Positions 1-13,660 are shown, counted from the whole stretch's first letter. The stretch is DNA of 63,697 nucleotides, filler included, from Calcarisporiella thermophila CBS 279.70 (GCF_041956535.1; 5 parts of 5 records of this genome joined end to end with filler, not necessarily neighbours in it), one strand, 5' to 3'. Translations and numbers: made by a program. The notes: a model not told the origin generated them from the letters alone.

Positions 1-22
1 CGTAACAGACAAAGAATAACTT

Positions 23-93
23 GCATGGTTGGTTTAGTGGTATAATTGCCGCCTGCCACGCGGCAGACCCGGGTTCGATTCCCGGACCATGCA
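23..93 (+). tRNA. tRNA-Gly(GCC), intronless
   Basis: GCATGGT/ACCATGC acceptor stem; anticodon arm GCCGC-CTGCCAC-GCGGC; T-loop GGTTCGATTCC; T-run terminator at about 105-115. Confidence 0.96.
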
Positions 94-947
94 GATAATA
101 ATCAATTTTTCTTTTGAATCCAGCTGCTATTATGAAGAAGAAATTTAGAGAGAATCGTCGTGAGAAGATATACACCTAGTAAGTAGATCAGGATAGGATT
201 TGATGCAATCCTCTCCTTATCACGCGGTAATAAATAAATTTTTTTGACAAGGAGAACTCGCGAAAAAAACCCGCTTTAAAGCTTTTGCAACCCCGCAGAG
301 ATTAATGCTCGAATCCCCAATAGTTCCAAGTGATACAAATAAAGGCCAGCCGTTTCACGCAGATATTTATTTGTTAGCACAATTTCTTGTCGTGAAATTG
401 TTATGAACCCTAGAATAATGGGCAATATTGCAAATGGCTACCCAGACGTATGCATAAAGATAAAGTATAGCTTGATGAGATATACTTATTCGTCTGCAAC
501 CAAGTGGTTCAGGATGCGGTTGAATCAAATGAATGTATGCTCCTTTCGGCTCAGTAGCACTTCTGTTCTTCCTTAATGAGCTAATTCCAATTTTCCCAAA
601 TTATGCCAGGATTCAATTTATACCTTAATTTTGTGCCTGATATTGACTAAGGCAATTTATCATCCTCTACATAACTTCATAATATCATTTCATTCTTTAC
701 CGTCTGTGGATTAGCGGTTGTTGATTTCTTGTGTTTTCTAGGTGTTCATCCGAGCTTCAGCTGGATGACAGAAAGAATTTTCTTGAGCAGCTCTTGAAAG
801 AGAAATGCTACCATCATATCCTAATCTAATTCATTAATACCAAGTGGAATCGTAAGATCACACAGAATAGAGGGGAGAGGAGAAGAAAACAATATTATAG
901 GCATTTTATTTATTTAATTTATATCTTTTAATTTCTTCATCTGATTA

Positions 948-2859
948 TTGATGAACACCACTTCACCTGACTCACCACTTCCTCCATTGCCAATAACCAA
1001 TAATCCAGCTCTCATCGCCCATGGAATCTGCATGTTTTTCTCTACTGGGATCGCCCTCCCCATATGCATGCTGATTGGAGAGCAAGGCGCGCGTTTCCGG
1101 TTGCCTGTCGCAATAGGTGGCGCGATCATTGGTGCGATTGGATTTGGGCTAGGATTTGTTGAAAAATTAAATTCGAGTGGAGTAAACGCAACGGCATCAA
1201 ATGTGTCATTAAATGAGGTACAGGCATCTAGCAGCGCAGCGTTGGGATGGCATGCTGTCCTTGGCTATGCTGTACTCGGTCTTGTGCTCGTGCGGATAGT
1301 CGCGTGGATGCTCACAAACCGAGAAGATCGTGAGCTATTTGCTTTCTACCGCCGCATATCATCCCTAGTTCCTCTTATTTCGGCATTGCTCCTTGCACTC
1401 ATATATATTCAAGTTGGTCTCGGCGTAGTACTTTCTCTCAATGGCTGCATCGCTGGTGAAGGATGTTTTAGTCCGCTGGTCGGAGGAATGTTTATGCTTG
1501 TGTATGGGGCAGCTATAGTGGGTCATCTCTTTGGTGCTTTAACGATACCACATGGATGGTGGACACCTGAAATAGTAGAGGGTATAATTATTACTGTGTT
1601 GGGGATTGTGAATGCTTTGCGGCCGAGGGTCGAATTCTTAAAAGAGCCGCACACTTACTTGGTAATTACTTTTACTTTCATTCCCACTCATATGTTGGAC
1701 CCCCTTTGCTAACGTTTCACCTTGCCACTAGAATCTACGCTACTCCTGGATGGGCATCGTTTGGTGTTTTGGTGGCATTCTATCCCTGCTTTTCTCCGTC
1801 AAATTCTTTCCGATACCTCATTTTTTAAGACATCGTAACCCTATTCCTGCTCTTGTGTTACTTGTCACCGGCACAGCTTGTGCCCAGGCTCTAGGCGATA
1901 CAATCCCGGATGTGATATCCCGATTTTGGGGGGGCTGCCTACAGTTTGGAGGTCTTGCTCAACTAATACATGTAGCTGTACGTAATGAAGATTTTGGCAT
2001 TGATTCATACTCAACTGGCAACGGTAGATGCAGCAGCGGAAATGGTGGAAGCGTTAGCCAGGCTGTTGCCCATATTTCTGCATTACTTGTTGCACTGTCA
2101 GTCGGTGCAGCTGGAATAACTTGGATCGCATCGATGTCATCGCTACTTCATGTGTCCGAGCAATATATTCATGATCCGCCAACGCTCATCCAAATACTTG
2201 CTGCACTTGCATTTGGATGGGCTGTATATGTAGTATTACTTTTTTCTCTTACTCTTTGCAATTCTCCGCTGGCTCAGCAATATGCTCGAACCTCCACTTC
2301 TCCAACGTCTGCAGGGGCGGACCAACTGAATGAGGAAGTAGGCGGGCTATTGCCAAGTGAATACCGTGCTTATCGGAGGAGTAGGGCAAGCAGTGGGCAA
2401 TACTATCCAAACTTTCCTTCAGGAGGGGTAGGAATTGGTGCGAACGGCATGAACGGCACCAATGAATACGCGAATGGTGGAATAGGTCGTTCTGCTTCAG
2501 CCGGTTCGAAGCGTGACTCTTCACATTCTGGCAGTGGCGCAAGTGCAAATTTCAATAGCCTCAACACAAACGGAAACGGGAGCACCGGAGCGGGTGGATG
2601 GATAGTGGGACGGAGCAATCCTTCGGCTGGGCCCATACCACCCTCGAAGCGGAGTAGCATATTATTTACATCAAGCCCAACAAAGGATATTGATTTGGGA
2701 AGAGAAATTGAATTGGCAGGATTGTTAGTAGAAGAGAGTGAAGGAGAGAATGATGAAGAGAATGGTGAAAACGAGGCGGTCAATGAACTGGAAGATGTAG
2801 ATTTAGGGTATATGAGAGGACGAGGGCGAGAGCAGAAGCACTTACGTAGCCCGAGCTAA
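948..2859 (+). CDS. YTP1-like multi-pass membrane protein with low-complexity C-terminal tail (2 exons)
   Basis: ORFs 948-1712 and 1750-2859 join in frame through GT-AG intron 1662-1731; many TM segments; motifs AHGICMFFS..I.LPI.M and RNPIPALVLLVTG resemble the fungal Ytp1 family. Confidence 0.7.
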
Positions 2860-3363
2860 TATCTCAAAGATATTTCAACCCCACATCTGTCTTTGTTACC
2901 AACCATCTTCTCAAAATTAAAGCAATTGATATATCCTATTTTCTAGTTGATATCGATTTCTCGTGTATTTTTAATTATCTGTTTTACTCTTTTCTGTCTT
3001 CAGATTATACTTAATTTTTTTTTCTTGCCTTCTTTTATCTTATTCCCTGAACAATGTTCACTATATATTCCTCACTTGTGCTTTTTAGCAAAGGAAAAAA
3101 AAATTAAAAGCCAAGGAATATGGATTCATCACCCTTCTTGTCATATCTACGTATGGCGTTGTTGAATCGTAACAAAACCATTTTTCAACGTTACTTTTAA
3201 CCTCAACTTTTTAGCCTCGATCGACCACTTACATTTTATGAGGCGCCCAATAATACATTTTAACTCTGCTGCTGTGGCAAAATTGTTTTTTCCCAACCAC
3301 CTTAAAAAAGACTACATTTTCGTCCTGGTCTTCCTCTTGTCTCATAATGAAAATGCATTAAAC

Positions 3364-4157
3364 ATGCTGAAAACCCTCTTACTCTTTTTACTCATCGCCT
3401 TGATCGCTTCCCCCTCTACTGCACTTGTAGAACAACGTCAGCAACTCGGATGCCGCTCGGACTCATGTGAATGGTTTCTGAATGTCTTGAACCTGTGTGC
3501 GAAGAAAGAAGAAAGCACTACGAAATTCTATCTATTTAGCTGCGTATGCCAAGGTAGCTTTTCCATATTATCTTTACAAATCATAGCGGCCAAAAAAATC
3601 ATATATTCACAAAGCATCCCTTAAGCTCATGATTAATGTTGATTTTGAATATCTTAGCGCCGGGAGGATATGAAAGCTTGCTTGCTTGCTCGCAGAATTG
3701 CGCGCTCTCTGGCCTCAATATTACTCAAGTGGCCCAGATATGCTCCTATGTGTCTGCTGCTTCGGCCTCTTCAAAGATGACAAGCTTTCGAAGAGGCCAA
3801 GTTGAAGAGTTCCCATCATACCTTCCAGTCAGCAGCTTTGTGATCGAGCCATATCCAAAAACGCGCTCTGTACCGATGACTTCAGTTTCTCGCTTTCCAC
3901 CAGCATCAACTCAAACACCCATGGTTAGCTCTCCCTCCTTCTCAACGACTTATTTCACTCCGCTGAGCACAGTGTCACCAACCATGGTCACAACAACTAT
4001 GACAAGTATTGGTACGCCTCCAACAATATCTATGGACACCACGACTCCATCGAGACCAACGCTTTTAATTCCTACAATAAGCACAGGCTCCAGGTGTGAA
4101 GGCTCTTGGATATTGATTGCGATAGCAGTTTTGACTCTCTTGCTCCTATGGCGGTAG
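3364..4157 (+). CDS. Secreted Cys-containing, Ser/Thr-rich, probably GPI-anchored cell-surface protein (2 exons)
   Basis: Signal peptide MLKTLLLFLLIALIASPSTA; Cys-rich N-domain; intron 3554-3657 restores frame (CVCQ-APGGY); S/T/P-rich stalk; hydrophobic C-terminal tail. Confidence 0.75.
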
Positions 4158-4465
4158 TTGTGAAATATAATATTATTAGCACTTTACTTGCGTTATTAAT
4201 TAGTTCTCTATTTGTGTATATCGCTTGATAACAGATCATATAATGAGCGCATCTCTTTATTTTACTTTAACTTTAAATATATATTTATATTTAACAAAAA
4301 ACCGACGAAAAGTAGGCAGCAAGCAATAATAGACTATATGTGGCGGTGACAAACAAAATTTTGTGTGAAATATAATAAGCATTTACAAAATTTTTTTCCC
4401 CTTATATATGTTTAAATTTTTGCCATCGATGATGTGGCCATGGTACACTAGTAAATGCAAAGGGT

Positions 4466-6292
4466 CTAGCCTCTTGCACTTTGCGATGGCCAGGAATATT
4501 CATCAGTGCGTTTATAGCCATATTTGGCTACAAATTCATCAGCTTCCGCTGGGCCACGCGTTCCGTACGCGTAGGGCAGCGGCGTCATCTTCGCCTCATC
4601 GATATGATGCAGAATGGGGGTAAACGCTTTCCATGCCGCGTCCAATTCATCGTCACGAACAAAGTTAGAATGATCCCCCTTGAGCACATCGAGAATAAGG
4701 GCTTCGTAAGCTTCCGGAATATAGAGGTCTGTATAGCGTTGGCGGTAGGTAAGATCGAGCTCCGTCATCGTTGTGTTCATACTAAATCCAGGCAGTTTGT
4801 TGATCATTTTGAGATAAACAGCTTCATTTGGCTGAACACGTACAACCAGCTCATTGCGAGACACATCTTCAAAGGTCTGCCCAGCAACATCCCTAAATTG
4901 AACGCGAACCTCCACTTTCTGCTCATTAAGTGCTATATGTCAAAATCGTCAATACCATGTGTTAAAATTAATAACTATAACCTGCCGTTTTTAAAAATCT
5001 GGTTTACCCTTTCCAGCCTTTAGAATGAAAGGCACTCCTTGCCAGCGATCATTATTAATCCAGAGCACGGTTATAGCAAAAGTGGGACAGTTACTATCCT
5101 TAGGTACTGTATCGTCATCTTTGTACCCAGGTTTTGATCCGTCCTCGGATTTCGTATATTGCCCGATCAGCGAATCTTCTGGTTTAATAGGGGGGATACA
5201 GCGCAAAACTTTAACCTGAAAAGTCGCAGTTAAGTTAGCAAATAAAATAAACCCTTCAAAAAGCAGTGATGGATGGGATAAATACCTTTTCATCACGAAT
5301 ATCTTCTGGTTCCAACGAAACCGGGCGTTCCATTGCAACAATGCTAAGTACTTGCAGGAGATGATTTTGCATCACATCACGGATGATTCCAAATTCATCG
5401 AAATAACCTCCACGACCCTCAGTTCCAAAAGGTTCGCGGAAGGTAATTTGAACATTGTCAATATAATGACGGTTCCAAATCGCACCAAGAACGATGTTAG
5501 CAAAACGAAGGGTGAGCAAATTTTTAACCATCTCCTTTCCGAGATAATGATCAATTCTATATATCTATGGACAGAATCGATGTGAGATATCCGAATTATT
5601 ATCAGTGAAAAGGGCTACGATGTTAATATATATTTGTGGGTTTTTCTTACCTCATCTTCGGTAAAGAGCTCACCTAGATCATTTTGCAATTCACGGAAGC
5701 TCTCTAGATCGTGACCAAACGGCTTCTCCACCACAACTCTAAAGACACCCTGCCCTTGTCCTGGGTGAATGTGCTTTTTCAGTTGTTTTCCTACTATGGT
5801 GAAAACACTTGGTGGAAGTGCCAAGTATGCAATGCGATTTGGCTCTTTGGCGCCGATTTCCTTTTCTGCTTTCTCGATTTCCTTTCGCAAAACCTCGAAC
5901 GACCCATCGTCATCGTATTTACCACTGACATAGAAAGTCTGGGATAGGAACTGGTCGATTTCTTGCCCGGTGGCATTCTTGAAGTGAGAAGCAACGCGTT
6001 TGTGGTATTCGCCAAGATCCATTTGGGAGCGAGCATAGCCAATAATTTTCGTTCTTTTAGGAAGAAAACCATTCTTGTGTAAGCTGAATAGGGCAGGGAA
6101 TGTTTTCTTACGCGCAAGGTCACCAGAAGCACCAAGGACTATGGTTAATGTTATTAGATTAGTAATAGGATATTGGAAACTAACAAGAAAAAAGATAAGG
6201 AAATTCAGTGCTGGCTGGGTTTACGTACCCACAATGACGAGAGTCTGCGAGAGATTCTCCAAGACAGCTTCCTTCTGAGATTGAGCGGACAT
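4466..6292 (-). CDS. ZWF1: Glucose-6-phosphate 1-dehydrogenase (multi-exon)
   Basis: Motifs [65 protein letters not shown] across spliced exons; ATG at 6292. Confidence 0.96.
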
Positions 6293-7365
6293 TTTTTATT
6301 AGGATTCTCCTGTTTTCACGAAAAAGAATTTCTGAATGCGAGGAAGAAATGGTTCGAATTTTTTTACAAAAAATGCAGAGGGCAACTAAGATAAAGGTGA
6401 GAAAAAACTATCGAATATTATCACCATGCAAATTTGTAATGTTCTGATAGACTTCTGATATCAGCTTAAAAGATTCTGTTACCGGGTTTGTAGAACAAGT
6501 AGCACTTTTTTGGAAAATTGTATATGGGTTGATAGAATCCACGATATATAAGCCACACGCGCCCACTTTTCTAAGCTCCTGATGATGGGGAAGTATTAAT
6601 ATCAATATATATTGATGTATTTGACGAGGATGCACTATGTACAACTAGAAAGATGGTGACATTAACTTTGGGCCCTCCGCAGTCCATAGTTCTAAGTGGA
6701 ATATAGCAACCCGTTAGTCATCCATATTAATCATCAGTTATTCGACTGAGATAAACTCGTTTCTAGGAATATCACTGCTAAAAAAAATGTAAAAGAGCAC
6801 CAGCCTCAGCCGAGGCTTGGTAATCAATATTAAAGCAATTCACGGCAATTACACTATAGACATCAAGAATATAATCTACGTATTACAAGGTGGCAAAGAT
6901 TCTCGCATATAGTATGCGCACAATGTCAACTGGAGATGAAATAAGTATATGGAAAAAGCATAAACTTGCATAAGAAGTTTTATAGAAATGGATGCATTGA
7001 CCCGATGACTTTCGACTAATCTTGAGTTTCAACCTGACATTAGATAAAAACTGCAATTAATTTTACAGTCCTGTAGCAATCGTGATTTAACGATTTAATA
7101 CAAGCAGATTGAGAAGCCATCAGAAGTTTAATCGCATGCTGTCCTAATAAGGACAGTTTTAAAACAAAAATGCAATTTGTCATATTATTATTTTATTATA
7201 AAAAAAGCATTGAATCCTGCCTGACATTCTTCTCTCTCCTTGCTCATTTTTATACACTCTATTATCTGCTCCTCATTAGTTGTTCCACCGAAGTTCTCTT
7301 TCACAAGCAGTTTTCGAGATAATCCATAAGTATATGCGTCGAATTTGGAATTGAATAAGAAAGCA

Positions 7366-8067
7366 ATGCAGTACAGAGTCATTTTGCTTGCATCGTTATT
7401 TTTTGTCTTATTCTGCCAAGTACATCCCGAAGTCGTTAAAACTGCTCATAGAACACCCCACGGTCTGCTTTCACCTCAAGACCCAGGAGCACAATATATG
7501 TCCGAAAAGCCCGCAATAGAGTCCGCCGAAGTTCCATTTAATAACAAAATGACCACCCCTCTCACCTCCAAAGGGGTGGCAAACAATATTGAGGATAATG
7601 ACCAAGCAGATGTCCCTTCGCTCTCTACACCTCAATCGCAACCACTTCAGGCACCAGCTCCAGTCATTGCTAGCAATACCACCCATATCGCGAGTCCAAC
7701 TCCTGTTCCGTCGCAACCCTCTCTGATAAGGACTGAGTTGCGTACTAATACGACCGCTACAAGCAGCTTGTCCATCTCGTCTTTCCTCACTATTTCCTCA
7801 ATCACTGGCAGTACTCAGGCTACTACCTCTGTATCCATTACCCCACAAACACGCCTTCAGCAAGAATTTAGGGGAGGAGATAATAATAACATGATAATAG
7901 GTTTTTCTGTCACGGGCGGGCTAATTGTATTGGGCTTTTCCATCATTCTCATAACTTGGTGCGTTCGCAGAAGAAGGCATTTATGGATAGGTGAAGACTT
8001 CAACCCAGATCGAGAGGCAATCGATCCACTCCGCGGAACGCTTCGTCGTTACGGCAAATTTCACTAG
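7366..8067 (+). CDS. Type I membrane protein, Ser/Thr-rich ectodomain (Mid2/Wsc-like architecture)
   Basis: Signal peptide, S/T/P-rich region, single TM (IIGFSVTGGLIVLGFSIILITWCV) followed by RRRR stop-transfer. Confidence 0.7.
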   Translation: MQYRVILLASLFFVLFCQVHPEVVKTAHRTPHGLLSPQDPGAQYMSEKPAIESAEVPFNNKMTTPLTSKGVANNIEDNDQADVPSLSTPQSQPLQAPAPVIASNTTHIASPTPVPSQPSLIRTELRTNTTATSSLSISSFLTISSITGSTQATTSVSITPQTRLQQEFRGGDNNNMIIGFSVTGGLIVLGFSIILITWCVRRRRHLWIGEDFNPDREAIDPLRGTLRRYGKFH

Positions 8068-8630
8068 CAGGGTATCCTGCTAATATACCTTTTTTTTTAA
8101 TTATCTTATCATTAATTGTTAATTTTAATGAAAATTCGCCTGTTAATAACTATGTGGAGACCTGGTAAAGAGATTCCATGACTAAAATAAACTTCCGACT
8201 TCGTATATAGATACTGATTTACCATTGACCAAAAATGTAATCAATTCACTCTTCATGGATCCCTGAATGCATAAAACGACTGTGAGCTGCATTCTCGAAA
8301 CAAATTCGACCCATTTTCTGCAGAGTGCTGTTTCCATAGACCATTTTCAAACCAATTTCACGCAGTGAACCTATTTTCTCAGAGTAAAATGATACGCAAT
8401 CATGCGGGCTGGCGTTGAAATCCCTTCGACCAGAACAACTCCCGCTCCTTATCAACCGAGAAGTTGGTCGAGCCCGATCTCCTGCCGTGAGGGGATAGAA
8501 AAAAGCTCAGACAATTCGGGTGGCAACTGTCACAGATAATCCATTGTTGATTGGTTTTCCTCCAAAAAATACGGGTCGGTTTGAAGCTCTCCAGCTTATT
8601 GTGCATAAACTGCAGTCTGGAGTTTGATTA

Positions 8631-8654
8631 CTTTCTTTCTTTCTTTCTTTCTTT
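8631..8654. repeat. (CTTT)n microsatellite
   Basis: About six tandem CTTT units. Confidence 0.8.
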
Positions 8655-8802
8655 AAAATCCCTACCATCTTCCACCATTTCAAAACTAGGCTCTATTTTC
8701 TAAATCAACTTCATGTATCCTCGTGAAAAACACTGTAATATTCTGAATATTCGCAGCATCGCTTCTCAGAGGTTTTAAACATTTTATGCAAATAGAAAGC
8801 AA

Positions 8803-9982
8803 ATGGCTGTGTCAAAGTCTTACTGCTTGAAGTCGATTTGTCTACTACTACTCCCCGCATTCATTTTCGCTCACATGGAAATGGAATTTCCTGCTCCGCG
8901 CAGAAGTACATTTTCCAAGCTCTACCGGGAAAAAGGAGACATCGACTATGATATGGCCTGTAAGTTTTCTCCATTCTCTTTTAGCTAGCGATTACTCGAG
9001 ATATAAACAATGACATCGAATTAGCCCCACTTGGTTCAAATTTTCCCTTCCCGTGCCGTGGATTTCCTCCTGGACCCTCTACAGCAAGCTTTAAGGCCGG
9101 TGAAACAGTACCTGTCTCTATAGTTGGCGGTGCACCACATGGTAATATACATTGCTGATATTGGTTTCTCTTCAGGTTGACATAAGGATAATATAATATA
9201 TGTAAAGGGGGAGGGGATTGTCAATTCGCTCTATCCTATAACAATGGAAAGGACTTTGTAGTAATACAGGACGAATTTGGCTCTTGTCCCTTAGAGGGGC
9301 GGTACAATGTGCGAATCCCTCAAGAATCTCCCTCTGGCAAGGTATTTCTACTAGTATGCATAAACATATGAATTTGAATGTAGACACTAAACCACTGTTT
9401 CTAAAGGCTGTATTCGCATGGGCCTGGGTCAATGCTATCGGCAACCGCGAATATTATATGAATTGCGCTGATATTGACATTCAGGGAAATCAAGGCGGAA
9501 GGTTGACAGGAAAAGAAATGTTGGTCGTGAACTTGCCCGGAAGTCCGGTGATTCCTGAATTTGCGGGCAATAGAAATACGGGAGCAGAACTGTTCGCTGC
9601 GCGAAAAACCATCACAATTTCAGGTGATCAAGTCGTGGGGGAAGAAGAAAAGAAGAAAGGATCCGATTCGGCTACGGCAATCTCTCCTGGTGAATTATAT
9701 ACACATATCCCTGTAAGAGATCGGGAGAATGAATTCGCAGAGAGGCCTAAGCAAGAATCTGGTGTGAATTCTCAGGATATTGCAGCCGTCTCACCACAAG
9801 CAAACAACAATCAGGATAAATGCCATGACAATGAGGTCGCGTGCAATGAAGGTGCTAAGAGAAATGAGATTCGTATTTGTCGTTATGGGGAATGGATCAG
9901 TATGGAATGCCCGTCAACAACGGTATGCTACAGTCAAGGGTCAGCTGTATTTTGTGGTTATCGCAAACTTAGGCTCATTTAA
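8803..9982 (+). CDS. Secreted AA11-type lytic polysaccharide monooxygenase with C-terminal Cys-rich (CBM19-like) module (multi-exon)
   Basis: Signal peptide ends before His1 (IFA/HMEM); FPCRG; [15 protein letters not shown]; [20 protein letters not shown]; C-terminal C..GEW..MECP..TVC. Confidence 0.82.
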
Positions 9983-11423
9983 GAGGAAGAAAACATATTT
10001 TTATATGAGAATAGCAACATAAATTCTTATTTCATATTCTCATATACATTTACCAACTATACTCCCCTATGTTATATCTAAGTTACCCTCATGCTTTATC
10101 CAATTTTCGTGTACGATAATCTTCGTGCTGTTTCATTAGACTATATATTTCCACCAAGGACTCATTTGCAACTATTCCATAAAATCTTCACTCTCCTACT
10201 ATTCACAGTTAGTATTAAGAGAATTAGACAAGAGTACTTTTAAAATTAGACTTGAATGGTGCATAATCTATAATTGGGTAATGGGGTTTGTAATGAGGCT
10301 GGTGGAGTCATGTCGAGGTAATAATGATGAACAATGATTTCGTTTACCGAATTAGCACTACATGACTTAGAGTGGCATGCCATTGTTTTTGCAAGTTCAG
10401 AGTTCTGAAATCGTTTAATCTTAATCAATTTGGGATTATGCAGGGTCGGTTTATCCGGAGTCCAAGGAATTTATAATAGGGGTTTCCAAGCATTTGCGGA
10501 ACGGTTGTGTACGAAAATCTCGGTTGAGGGGTAGAGTTTATAGCGCAATCAACTGGGTTCCATATGGATTTCTAATTCCCAGTACGAGAGTGGATGAGTT
10601 GGCATTGCGAATCATTTTTCCCATCACAATCTGACAAATTGACCGTCTGGCCTCATAAGCCATAAGCTTTGTGTCAGTATTAGGAAATTTCTGAAACTTA
10701 TGTGAAAATATTCACCCTGACAATTCTGACAAATCCAAGCCAAATTATTCATCTTTCTTAGCATTTCGGCAACACAGATCGCATTATGGGCCGTGGAATT
10801 AAAAATCAAAAACTTCTATATAATAATCTCGTCCTCCCCCTAACCAGCTGCTGTAAATTTTTGCATTCCAAGCTCGATCCTAATAGAACTAATATAATGA
10901 ACGCCCGCAACTCTTGTAAACAATGCGGTCAAGGACCCTTTGAGAGCTGGCACAGCTTTCTCAATCACCGGTGCATCCCACCCTAGTATCCTTGAGGGAT
11001 GAAAGAGCTAACACAGCTTGTGAAATATCACAAATGAATCCTCATTTGACCCGTTGCGAAAAATCGCTATTTTCTAAGCTTGCGAACATGACTACCTCTC
11101 TCAATCTCCTACTGCCGACTAGTACACTTTAAGTGAACGAGTACACGAGTCCCTTCAAGAGATTTACCATATAGAAATCAGGGAGATTTCTATGCTTTTC
11201 CTAATATCATCATATGCTCAGCCATATATGCATCGGACTGTTTTTTTCAGTTTCTTGTAATTAGCCCATCCATGATTTAGGAATAAAACAACCCGTATTT
11301 CTAATAACATGAAAAAGGAAAATTTTTATTCCTTCAGAGGTGTTACATCCACTAAATACTACTTTACTGCATTAGTCCCTCGGAAACAAACCTAATCACA
11401 GCAAAAATTATTTATTCGAGTAG

Positions 11424-11455
11424 AATAAATAATAAATAATAAATAATAAATAATA
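11424..11455. repeat. (AATAAAT)n short tandem repeat downstream of MFS gene
   Basis: About 4-5 tandem 7-mers. Confidence 0.7.
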
Positions 11456-11549
11456 TATAATATGAATATGTAAAATGGGAGACTGAGTTTGATATCACAT
11501 TATAGTCGAAGTGATATTGGGCGTATATACTGGAAATTACATGCAGGTG

Positions 11550-13094
11550 TTATTTTACAGTGACATTGGCGGCAATAAACCAGGCCCAACTGGTAGCCAT
11601 AAGCGATAAAATCAGAGTGACGCTGATGATAGAGAGAAGGCGGGGCGACCGAGGTTTTTTCGTTTCATCACTAGATTCTGAGGCTTTTAGTGTCTCGAGA
11701 ATTAACTTACGCGCTTTCGTGGACACCTCCATGATGCGATGGTTGTAGACGCGGTCGTAGAGCCAATATAAGACACAGGAGATGAAAGCTAGTATCGCCA
11801 CTACAAAAAGCATAAGGAGAGCATGGTCATAGCGCCCCCCATCTGCGTCCTGTAGGTAGCCGATAAGCAGATTTGAAATGACCGTGCCAGTGCTGAACAC
11901 TGCTTTGTCGATGCCGGTCCCGGAACCGACATACTCTTGAGGGAGGGCGAGCGAGATGGTAGAGCCAAGCGCCACGGGAACGACTGCCATAGAGATGGAA
12001 AAAAGAAGCAGTGCAAAAATAACAATGGCTCCTTTCGTCAACAAAAGTAGAAGGAGCGCGATCATCAGAAAACCTCCACATAATACAAGCAACGTCATGC
12101 GATGCCCATAACGGTCCATCCAACCGCCCACCATGGGCGAAATAATAACTGGCACTACTAGCGACACACTTGCAATCAAAGACGCCTGTGACTCAGACGG
12201 GCTATAGCGTTGTTGGACGAGCTCAGTGAGAGAGCCGAGCAACGGGTTCCAACTGGCACCGAAAAAAACCATTGTCAGTGGAACAAACCAGTAACCTGCG
12301 GGGAATCGCAGGATATTGCGAAGAGAAAATGAGCGCTTTTGCTGCGCGGAAATGTCTTTCGTTCCCAGAGAGTATAGGATGACGGCATAGGTTGCAGTGG
12401 CCAAGCAACTGAGCAGACACACCCCGAAAGCTACCCAAACCACGACATTGTAGCGTCCCGCTGCCTCCTTCAGGGGGATGGCTACCACCTGCGCTACGAA
12501 GCCGCTGAGATTGCTTGTGGCAATGAATACTCCGAAGGCAAGGCTGAGGGCAGTACCTCGAAACCAGCGCGCAAGGATAGTCTTCTGTGCCACCAGTGTA
12601 ACCCCTGAGCCCATTCCGTGTAGTATGCGGCCCACAGTCATTAGTGCAAACAACCGCGTCTCGGACGCAATCGCAATGCACAAATTTGCCAGTGCTACCG
12701 AGCAAGTTGATGCTACGGCCACCGGGAGTGGCCCGAATCGGTCCATAAGAATCCCTCCCACCATGGGCATAAAAGTGCCCATCAGGAACACGGCCGACTG
12801 TGCAATACCATATTGCGTATTATTGATATCAAGAGCCTCTTTGAACGAACCCTTGAGCACGTAGAGCGTCTGTCCTGAGTATGCGCCGCCGGCACAGAAA
12901 AGCACCACTGTGACTAAAATCAGCAACTTCACAGCGTTAGGTGGGTTCACCTCCTTATTTTCACTTCTCTTCTCGCTTGAAGAGACCATTCCGGTCTCAA
13001 CAGAGTCAACCTTTTCATCGTTTGTGCGTGTAGGAGGAGAAGAGTCAAAATGAGTTGAAGTTGAATTAGCATTCCCATTCATCATTGTCGTCAT
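11550..13094 (-). CDS. MFS transporter, MFSD1-like, intronless (paralog A)
   Basis: About 12 TM segments; motif A GGILMDRFG and repeat GGWMDRYGHR; GRILHGMGSGV..AQ..LARWFRG..L.LAFG resembles MFSD1; first ATG at 13094. Confidence 0.88.
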   Translation of the reverse strand: MTTMMNGNANSTSTHFDSSPPTRTNDEKVDSVETGMVSSSEKRSENKEVNPPNAVKLLILVTVVLFCAGGAYSGQTLYVLKGSFKEALDINNTQYGIAQSAVFLMGTFMPMVGGILMDRFGPLPVAVASTCSVALANLCIAIASETRLFALMTVGRILHGMGSGVTLVAQKTILARWFRGTALSLAFGVFIATSNLSGFVAQVVAIPLKEAAGRYNVVVWVAFGVCLLSCLATATYAVILYSLGTKDISAQQKRSFSLRNILRFPAGYWFVPLTMVFFGASWNPLLGSLTELVQQRYSPSESQASLIASVSLVVPVIISPMVGGWMDRYGHRMTLLVLCGGFLMIALLLLLLTKGAIVIFALLLFSISMAVVPVALGSTISLALPQEYVGSGTGIDKAVFSTGTVISNLLIGYLQDADGGRYDHALLMLFVVAILAFISCVLYWLYDRVYNHRIMEVSTKARKLILETLKASESSDETKKPRSPRLLSIISVTLILSLMATSWAWFIAANVTVK

Positions 13095-13328
13095 TGTCGA
13101 GATGCTTCCTAGGGTGGAGCATCCAGCACAGGGGCTAGAGAGAGGAGGGGGAGAAAGGCTTGGACCTTTGAACAAAGCGAAAACAAAACAAAACAAAGGT
13201 CACGATGAAAACAATAGTTGTTTCCCGCTTTTCAGCTAACAAAACATGATACGACCTTTGTTAGAAGAATTCCTAGTAGTTTTGCGCTACTCTTTACTCA
13301 TACGATTCCATTCCAACTCCGACGAACC

Positions 13329-13660
13329 CTATCAGATTCAGGATGCGGCAATATGATGAAAATGCTTTTGCACCGTTACACAATCGGGCATAAGTAAGCC
13401 CATGATGATCTATTATCAAATCAAGATTTGGTTTATGATAAGCATACTAATAAGAAATTAAATGTTGCAGAGCTATTGGCAGCAATAACCGGAGTAGCAA
13501 TTTTGAACCAACCCGCTTGTATTATGGACAAGCTGGCGGGGTTCCGGATGGGAAGTGGGATGATGTTTGCAATGGAGTTTTAGGAAAGACAGGTATCCTG
13601 ACAACACAACCGATATTTAACTCAATGAGTTTCAAAGTTTCCGTAAGAGGCTATCTGATT
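13329..13660 (-). promoter_or_regulatory. Candidate iron-responsive GATA boxes in divergent MFS/NIS promoter
   Basis: ATCTGATAG (13329-13337) and ATCAGATAG (13651-13659) on the minus strand, each one mismatch from the SreA consensus ATCWGATAA; TTATCA at 13413 and TGATAA at 13436. Confidence 0.5.
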
